DNA of 63,901 nt, the filler included, from Reclinomonas americana ATCC 50394 (lineage: Eukaryota): assembly GCA_048213135.1 (NCBI GenBank). It is 9 parts of 9 records of this genome, joined end to end, with 100 filler letters (N's around TTAATTAATTAA, not from the genome) between each part and the next. Parts side by side here need not be neighbours in the genome. Positions count along the whole stretch, not along the records: positions 52,473 to 57,108 come from AFZH01019744.1; positions 57,209 to 60,115 come from AFZH01019745.1; positions 60,216 to 63,901 come from AFZH01019752.1; 6 more parts are not named here. One strand, 5' to 3'. Position 1 is the first letter of the stretch. Every line of letters starts with the position of its first letter. Below the pieces are notes generated by a model that saw nothing but the letters and a program-made list of their open reading frames with translations, had not been told where the DNA came from and ran no database searches. The position numbers and the translations under genes were made by a program. This document shows positions 56,001 to 63,901 of this stretch, piece by piece.

Positions 56001-57108
56001 TTTTTGTTGCCATGTAGCGCTTGGCCAAGGTGCAAGAGGAGGCACGACGGGCGCTGCGTGCGGCCAAGAAGAAGAAGCAAGAGGCGGAGGCGGCGGCTCG
56101 ATCTCGCGACCCGCTCGACGACCAGGTAAACAGCTCGCTTCGTCAGCTGGAAGCCAACTCGGATCAGTTGCTCGGCCGGCCAGCGCGGCCCGCCTCGGCA
56201 GCTGCTCCCCCTGCCTCCTCTTTACAGCCGACAAGCACAGTGTCGCCAAACGCTCCGACACGCGCCGCTCTGCGCTTCACGGAACTCAACCAGACAAGTA
56301 CCACTGCTGCGGCTCCTCCGGCTCGTGCTTCGGTGCCTGTGCCGGCTCCTGCACGACCGGCGGCGGTGGCACCACTGCCCACCGCGTCACTCACTCCACC
56401 AGTGTCATCAACAGCACCGGCCACTGGTTCCTCGTCCGGTGGCACGTCACCGCGTCCTGGTGCCAGTGTGGTGGCTGCTGCAGTTGCGGCTGGTGAGCTG
56501 AGCACGGCGGCCTCCAACTCGCCGTCGGCGTTTTCGACTCCACCAGCGCCTGCGCAGGGCCGCTCCCCGAATCCCTCACCGTCGCCGTCACCGCGCCCGA
56601 CCTCGGCTTCCGTCAGCTTTGCTCCGCCTCCAGTCGCGACACCAGTGGCGACAGCCGCACCGACGGAGCCCGTCGATGGAGCCGCGGCGTCAGCGGCGGC
56701 AGCGGCGGCAGCTGCCGACAGTGTGCGTAACTCATTTAATCCCGACGTCTCTCTCAAGCCGGCAGCCTCGCGGCGACCTGATAGTGAACCGCAGTCTCCG
56801 GTCCCCACTGGAGAGTCCTCGTCGGCCGCACCTGTCGCTGTGGCCTCCGCTCCGGTCCCAGCTCCGGCCTCGGCGTCAGCCACACCCGCGACGCTTGCGA
56901 CTCCTGCTGTCGCGGCGGCTGCTGCTGCAGCATCCGCTGCCGCTCCCGCCGCCGCCCCTGCCTCTGCCCCCGCTGCGACTGAGGCTCCGACCGCCGCCGC
57001 CGCCGCTGCTGCAGTGGCGGCAACACAACCGGCTGCCGGGTCCAGCCGTGGTGGTACCCCACCTCCCCAAGCTGTGGCGACGGCGGCTGCGTCAGGCAGC
57101 CGGGGAGC
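53054..57108 (+). CDS. Uncharacterised coiled-coil, Ala/Pro/Ser-rich protein; 3' end in gap
   Basis: Chain of GT-AG exons (MSLDARLLRQREALL..., EQREYMRTLAMREE..., AKVQEEARRAL...) with a low-complexity tail. No family recognised. Confidence 0.6.
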
Positions 57109-57208
57109 NNNNNNNNNNNNNNNNNNNNNNNNNNNNNNNNNNNNNNNNNNNNTTAATTAATTAANNNNNNNNNNNNNNNNNNNNNNNNNNNNNNNNNNNN
57201 NNNNNNNN

Positions 57209-59059
57209 GGTCACCCACAAGCGACCGGCCTCCACCAGCGACCAGTTGTGCTCGATCGCTGGGTCGTAGCCCTCTTCGATGAGGTCGTCGTCACGGCGCG
57301 GTCTGCCGAATATGAAGCCGACAGACTCGGAGCCTTCCACGCTGCCGCTGTGGACGGCCGCAAAGGTAACACTGTTGTTCGTAGTGCTCCACAGCGCCCG
57401 CACGGTGAACGAGTACCCCGGCGCGCCCGAGTCGTGCAAGTGGAAGTGAATCGTGTAGGTGCCATCGCTGCGCATCGTCCAGTTGACCCAGCCGCCCAGG
57501 GCAGTTCCCGCCGGCGTCAGCACTTGCTCCTGGTGGGTTACTTCGCGCACGGGCGGAGCGCCACGTCCACGAATGACCACAATGCCATCGGCTTCCGTCC
57601 AACCGAGCTGACCGTGCTGGAAGGAGCTGATGCGGCCGCGACGCTGGTTTGCTGGATTCGTCCAGTCGCTCTCGTCCGACACCGGGTATCCCAGCCAGCT
57701 CGTCTCCGAGCCCATCTGGTGCCACCGGTGGGCAATTACACCGTGGACCTCGTGGGCACCAGTCTCCGGTGTCCAGTAGATGGCGCCGCCCTCAAAGTGA
57801 GTAAATGCACCATGATTGTCGGGGCACGGCAACGAGTCGGTGACAGGGTAACCGAGCAGGCCGCGTTCCCATCCAAGCTGACCCCACTTATCGCCAATGA
57901 GGCCATGGATTTCGTGGGCCCCGGTCTCCGGCGTCCAGTAGATGGCTCCCTTCTGGAAGGTGTTGAAGCGTCCACGGCCATCGGGAGCAGCATTCTCATC
58001 CGAGGTCGGATAGCCGAGGAGGCCAGCCTCGCGGCGAAACTCGGTCCACTTGTCCAGAATCGCCCCTTGAACCACGTGAGCACCGATCTCCGGCGTCCAG
58101 TAGATGGCGCCCTTCTGGAAGATGCTGAAGCGGCCATGACCGTCGGGAGCGACGTTCTCATCGGAGGTCGGGTAGCCGAGCGCACCAGTTTCACGATGGA
58201 GCGCGGTCCACTTGTCCAGGATCGCTCCCTGCACTTCGTGAGCGCCAGTCACTGGTGTCCAGTAGATGGCGCCCTTTTGGAAGGTGCTGAAGCGGCCGTG
58301 GCCGTCGGGAGCAGCGTTCTCGTCCGAGGTCGGATAGCCGAGCGCGCCGACTTAACGGCGCAGCTCGGTCCACTTGTCAAGAATCCGCCCCTGCACCTCG
58401 TGAGCACCGGTCTCCGGGGTCCAGTAGATGGCGCCCTTCTGGAAGGTGCTGAAGCGGCCGTGGCCATCGGGAGCGGCATTCTCATCGGAGGTCGGGTAGC
58501 CGAGCGCACCAGTTTCACGATGGAGCGTGGTCCACTTGTCCAGGATCGCTCCCTGCACTTCGTGAGCGCCAGTCACTGGTGTCCAGTAGATGGCGCCCTT
58601 CTGGAAGGTGCTGAAGCGACCGAAGCCGTCAGGCGCGATGTTCTCATCCGAGGTCGGGTAGCCGAGCGCACCAGTTTCACGATGGAGCGCGGTCCACTTG
58701 TCCAAGATCGCTCCCTGCACGTCATGCGCACCAGTCTCCTGCGTCCAGTAAATGGTGCCCTTCTGGAAGGTGCTGAAGCGGCCGTGGCCGTCAGGGGCGG
58801 CGGTCTCGTCCGAGGTCGGGAAGCCGAGTACGCCGGCCTCTCGATGAAGCGCGGTCCACTTCTCGAGAATGGCTCCCTGCACCTCGTGAGCGCCGGTCTC
58901 CGGCGTCCAGATGACTCCTCGCTCGAAGACGTTGAAGCGACCGTGGTGGTCTGCGGTGGCGGTCTCGTCAGTCGTTGCTTTGCCGAGAATACCAGCTTCG
59001 CCACCCAGCGACTGGTACTTGGCGAGGATGGCGCCTTGCACGATGTGTTGGCCAGACAT
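57209..59059 (-). pseudogene. LGFP-repeat protein (about 9 x 54-aa repeats) with one in-frame TAA; 3' end in gap
   Basis: Repeats of LG[FY]PTSDE...[25 protein letters not shown] with a 162-nt period. In-frame TAA at 58352-58354 where sister repeats have GAA/GAG. No introns. Confidence 0.8.
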
Positions 59060-59874
59060 GCTGTGTGCGAAAGAAGACGCGGGTGAGAAGATATAAAGGT
59101 CGCTTTTCATCGCATGTGTGTTCTGAAACTCTTAGACGCAGAAGATGCACTCTAGCTACGTCTGATGAATACATCAGCAGCGTGTGCACATTTGCGCTGT
59201 GCTGTACAACGCATCATGATCCATTCTTGCAATACATGCATGCAATGCATTCACGCAGCCAATAATGGGCATGGACAACAACCATGCAACAAATGCTCAC
59301 AGACATGCAAGACCACCGGTGAATGCCCACTCCCCACACACCAGAGAGCAACAGCAGGCGGTGTGGAAAGGAAAAACGATGTGTGTTCGAATCGCAGAGT
59401 GTGTTCGATTTTGACAGCAATGCATCTCGATCTCTCTGTGAACCCAGACGCACATGCATCTACTCTCTCTCTACCACATGCCCTCCCACACACTCCCGCA
59501 CACACACGTACACACCTGTTTGCGAATGCTCCGATGGGTGAACCAAAAATCGAATGGCCAATCATGGACAGTGCTCGCTGCGTGCGCGGTGCCAACGGCC
59601 CAGCCATTCTGACCTGGGACGTGTGTGCGACGAAGCAACACAGCACCGCATCGCTCGCTTGACCTCTATCTGCGCAGTGCATTAATCATCTCATCCATCG
59701 CCGAAACAAGCGTCAGTTGCGTGAGAATGAGAGAGAGACAGAGAGAGGTGCCATGGCCCGCTCACTTGCTCAGTTTCTCCTCTCTCGCACACACACAGGC
59801 GGTCCTCTTTTTTCTTTTCTGTTTATACCTCGGCTTGTGACGCCTGTGAGAGATCGCCTTGATCGGCACAATCC

Positions 59875-60754
59875 ATGGCCTTGCGCGGCAGTCCAGCAGG
59901 CAGCAGCTACGGTGGTGGTGGTGGCGAGGGCGTCGGCTTGCCATCACCTGCACCACAGTATGAACGAGGTCTGCCTCTCCCCTCTCTCTCACACTCTTCT
60001 TCCTCTTCTCACTCTCGCTCTCTCTTTCATCAGCTCCCCACGAACCACCGAGTGGTGCCGATGTGCAGCCACAGAACGTGTTTGCCGACACCCTCCTCAA
60101 CATGAACCTCTCGGCNNNNNNNNNNNNNNNNNNNNNNNNNNNNNNNNNNNNNNNNNNNNTTAATTAATTAANNNNNNNNNNNNNNNNNNNNNNNNNNNNN
60201 NNNNNNNNNNNNNNNTGGGGAGGAGGGGAAGGAGGGCAAAGATGGGAAGGAGGGGAAAGAGGTGGAGACGAAGAAAATGAAGAACAGAAAGAAGGAAGAG
60301 GAGGAGAAGGAGAGGAGAAGGAGTAAAAGAAGAAGAGGAAGAGGAAGACGGAGATGAAGCAAAAGGAGAAGAAGAAAAGGAACAAGGAGAAGATGAAGGA
60401 GAGGGAGGAGAAGAAAAAGATGGACGAGGAAGAGAAGAAGAAGAAGAAACGGTAGTGACCTTTCGTGTACTTGCAGATTTCCTTCGCCAGTACCTGCAGC
60501 ATTTGTGGGAACCGGAGACGTGCGCGCAGGTGGCTCAGCATTTGCGTAGCAAGGGCATCTATGATGCTGAGGTGAGTGCAGTGCGGAAACGAGGGAAGTG
60601 TTGGGAGCTTGACTGAACCCTTCGGGTGGATGCAGAGCTTGTACGAGGCGTGGCGTGAGGATTCGACGAACGAGGACAACTTCCCCAGCAGTGTCTTCAA
60701 TGCGGGCATGCGCAAGACGTTGGAGAAGCAGTTGAACAAGGCGTTTTCGACTTA
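59875..60754 (+). CDS. Hypothetical protein fragments on both sides of a gap
   Basis: ATG 59875 exon plus GT-AG intron before the gap. After the gap, an E/K-rich stretch then VVTFRVLADFLRQYL...DAE|SLYEAW...KAFST*. Linkage is inferred. Confidence 0.4.
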
Positions 60755-60782
60755 AAGGGGGAAAGGAGGAAAAGGGGGAGAG

Positions 60783-60923
60783 AGGGAGAGGGCGAAGGGA
60801 AGGGCAATGTATCCGTGCCAGAGCGTTAAAGCACAATACCGACTGGTGGGGGAAAGGGGAAAGCAGGGGAGAGAGAGAGAGGGCGAAGGGAAGGGCAATG
60901 TATGCGTGCCAGAGCGTTGAAGC
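60783..60923 (+). repeat. Imperfect direct repeat of about 50 bp, about 92-bp period
   Basis: GAGAGGGCGAAGGGAAGGGCAATGTAT[C/G]CGTGCCAGAGCGTT[A/G]AAGC occurs twice. Confidence 0.85.
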
Positions 60924-61394
60924 GCCAGAGAGGAAAGCTGGGGGAGAGGGGCAGGTGGAAACATAAGCGTGCGAATGACTTGCAAAGACAAGCTGCGGTA
61001 CTTGGCTTCCAATCCGGCACTTTTCGGCTTCTCCTCGGACGTGAAGGTCTCAGTGACGCACTCGAGAAGACGGCAGGCCCTCCTCCGCCTCATCTCGTGT
61101 ACTTGTCGATTGTGGGCGTGGATCGCCACTCGCTTAGCTACTGCCAGACCTAGCTGGCTCCTGGACAACGCAGTAGAATAGTGCCGCACACGATTCTGCG
61201 CGTCAGGCAGCTGGCTCTTCCACGGCCAGCCAGTGGGTGCCAGGGAGGTGGTGCCGATTCTGCAGTCGCCAGCAACAGGAGCACCGTTCTAGCGAAGCAT
61301 CTCACAAGCAGGCGCCGGTGGCGGAAGAAAGTTCACGAGGACAGTACCCGCACTCGTTCATAATCATCCAATCTGATCGTAATCTAATCAGCAA

Positions 61395-61864
61395 ATGGCG
61401 GCGGAGAGAAGAGAGGCCTTCCCGTGCAACTCCTGCCACACCATGGTACGCATCCCGCACCACGCCCTGCAGCTCAGAGCCGCAGCTCACCAGCACACCA
61501 CATACAGGTGCCCTTCCGCGCCCGACTCGAATTCGAAATGTGCCCGCACTGCTCCAAGGTCGTGCAACGCCCCACCGCCAACTCCATCGTCGCCGCAGAG
61601 AGGAGGATAGACGAGTCAGCACGTCAAGAGGCAGACACGCATCATTTGCCTCGCATGGCCTCCGACACGGGCTCTCCCGCAAGTGCTGCTGTCAAGAGGC
61701 CTGCTGCTCGCACAGACGATGGAGAGGCAGAGAAGGCCGTGTGTGCACACAAGACAAGTCACTGGCACACATCGTATGGCGTCGCGTGCAACTGGAACAG
61801 GCTGCAGTGCGCCGACTGTGGCGTCGTGTTGAGCACAGACATCTCGACTCACTGGGAGCACTGA
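61395..61864 (+). CDS. Small putative zinc-ribbon protein, one intron (61446-61507)
   Basis: Spliced MAAERREAFPCNSCHTMVPFRARLEFEMCPHCSK...VCAHK...LQCADCGVVL...WEH*. Confidence 0.7.
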
Positions 61865-62043
61865 TGTGAAGCCGAGGCCCAGAGAGAGGGAGAGAGAGGG
61901 GGAGGGAGAGGGGGAGAGGGAGAGAGTTGTACTAAAATGCTAAAAATACACGAAATCCGTTTTTTTAGTTTTCGTCGTTTTCATGTTCAACAGTGAACGA
62001 TCAGAGTCAGCACAATGACGGGAGGTAACGCGTTCACTTGGTT

Positions 62044-62652
62044 TCTTTTCAAGCCATCGGTTCTCAACAGGAAAGAAAGCGAAAACGAGACAGAAGCGTG
62101 CATTTCACGATACTGATATCGAATTGTCAAGACAACTCTCACGAAGTCGCGCACAGCAAGCATGCACAGTTTAGCAAGGCGTATTACTACACAGTACAGC
62201 ATCTTCAGCAGAGAGCAAGAGAGTGACACACAGCAGCGAAGTCGTCTGTCCACCATGATCATGATCAGTCTTCCCTTCACCAGAGAGATGACACACCGCG
62301 CCGAGTTCCAAGAAGTTCTTGAACAGCTTCTCGTGGGCATCCTCTTTTCAACCCATCGGTTCTCAACAGGAAAGAAAGTGAGAAACGAGACAGAAGCGTT
62401 CATTGCGCATGCGCGATACTGATCATGATATCGAATAATCAAGACAACTCTCACGAAGTCGCTCAAAGCAAGTTGAGCAAGGCCTATAACTGCACAGTAC
62501 AGCATCTGCAGCAGAGAGCAAGAGAGTGTCACACTACAGCGAAGTCGCCTGTGCAAGTCTGTCCCGCTCCATCAATCTTCCCTTCACCAGCTGCAGAGAG
62601 ATGACACACCGCGCCGAGTTCCAAGAAGTTCTCGAAGAGCTTCTCGTGGGCA
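62044..62652 (+). repeat. Diverged tandem duplication (about 300 bp) of the COPE upstream region and first codons
   Basis: CCATCGGTTCTCAACAGGAAAGAAAG...ATGACACACCGCGCCGAGTTCCAAGAAGTTCT occurs at about 62044-62339 and 62343-62652. Confidence 0.9.
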
Positions 62653-62795
62653 ACTTCTCGCAGGCGCTCAACGACGCGCTCTCACTGCCCAGCAGCACTC
62701 CCGCCTCGCCCTCGGCGGGAGGTGAGTCGGCGGCCTCGGTGCTGGTCTTCCGCTCGCATGTGGGCCTCGGGCAGCTGGATTTGGTGTTGGGGGAG
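62601..62795 (+). CDS. COPE: Coatomer epsilon subunit, first exon
   Basis: EFQEVLEELLVGNFSQALNDA...VLVFRSHVGLGQLDLVLGE resembles the epsilon-COP N-terminus. Followed by a GT donor and a long low-complexity region. Confidence 0.65.
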
Positions 62796-63244
62796 GTCGG
62801 TGGGGGGGAGAAGGGGGAGAAAGGAGGAGGAGGAAGGGAGGGGAAGGGAGAAGGGGGAAGGGGGAGAAGGGGGAAGGGGGAGAAAGGGGAAGGGAGGGGA
62901 AGGGGGAAGGGAGTGAGGAGATAAGAGTGACTCTCTCGCTCTGCGCTGTGGTACGCTATGAGACGGTGCGTGTGTGTGAGAGAGGGAGAGTGTGTGTGTG
63001 AGAGAGAGAGAGTATGCATGAGAGAGGAGAGAGGTAAGAAACGCGCTCTCTGGCACTTTCTCTCTGTCTCTGTCTCTCTTTCTCCCTCTCTCTCACGCAC
63101 ATGCACATGCACTGTGTCACAGGTTGCCTGCGCACTTGCACAGTGAGTGTGAGTGAGTGTGAGAGTGTGTGGAGAGAGAAGAGAGTTACTCTGTCTTTCT
63201 CTCACACTCGCACACACACACGCGTACGCACACACACACACACA

Positions 63245-63309
<65 letters not shown>

Positions 63310-63848
63310 TCTCATCGCGTGCCAGAGAGAGAGACAAGAATTTGACACACATCTTCACTCACTGTCTCTCTCTCTCTCTCTCTCCTCTCCTCTCTCACAC
63401 ACACGCACACTGTCGTTGTCATGTCTGCATGCACATGCCTGCACATGTGCAACACGAGAGAGAGAGAGAGTGCATGTGTGTGAGAGAGAAATTGCGCGCG
63501 CGATTGTGTTTCTGAGTCTTTCGCCGTCGCTTCCTTGCTTGTTGTGTGTGTGGCTGATCGTGTGCATGTGTGGAGAGTGTTGCTGTTGTGTGTGTGCGTT
63601 TGTGTGTTGGTGTGACGCGTGTCAACCAATTTGCGCTCTTCTGTGTGCTCGTCTCTTGTCTCTTTGTCGCTCACACGCACGTGGGTGTGAGAGTACATGT
63701 GTACTTGTATATTGTCGCAGCCTGTAAGTTGAGAGATGCGTTGGCGCAATCGCTCTCATTTCTGCTCCCTCTGAAGTGTTTCTCTCTCACATCCCCTCCC
63801 TCCCTTTGCTTCTCTTTCCCTCCCTTTGCTTCTCTTTCCCTCCCTTTG

Positions 63849-63901
<53 letters not shown>
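62796..63901. repeat. Low-complexity/microsatellite region: purine tract, (CA)n, (CT)n and a 20-bp tandem unit
   Basis: (CA)n at about 63230-63307, CCCTCCCTTTGCTTCTCTTT x about 3 at 63798-63852, terminal (CT)n. Confidence 0.9.

Noticed and set aside
58352..58354. TAA reassigned to Glu (alternative genetic code)
   Set aside because: TAA terminates TFIIA, CtIP and NADK at plausible C-termini, and I saw no other internal stops in conserved exons.
57248..59086. 612-aa plus-strand ORF
   Set aside because: Antisense shadow of the LGFP-repeat gene.
60783..60923. Direct repeats as CRISPR or transposon ends
   Set aside because: Only two imperfect copies, with no cas or transposase genes and no inverted termini.

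Overview
Eukaryotic (probably protist) nuclear DNA: GC-rich, extremely gene-dense and intron-dense, with most introns about 55-90 nt and many micro-exons. It consists of nine contigs joined by artificial 100-nt N/TTAATTAATTAA/N spacers and uses the standard genetic code. Manual splicing recovers about 25 genes. These include an S28 serine carboxypeptidase, POLD2, TFIIA large subunit, a coiled-coil UVR-motif protein, CtIP/Sae2, an ABCC/MRP transporter, a histidine acid phosphatase, NAD kinase, TopBP1, a large protein with an ANKFN1/WAKE-like region, a Ctr copper transporter, two tandem small membrane paralogues, an intronless GT61, PSMG2, PPCS, YJU2, a MAP kinase, a bacterial-like LGFP-repeat gene with an internal stop, and the start of COPE. 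The most notable signals concern splicing. Three minor-spliceosome (U12) AT-AC introns lie in three unrelated genes. There is also an abundant class of 5' splice sites that look like the normal donors with one extra T (GTTGCGT, GTTGAGT, GTTACG, GTTTCGT, GTTAAG). Other highlights are a candidate AP-4 accessory protein with tepsin-like motifs, an ANKFN1-like domain in an apparently new architecture, and intergenic spacers as short as 26-60 bp. All gene models were read by eye and no database search was run.
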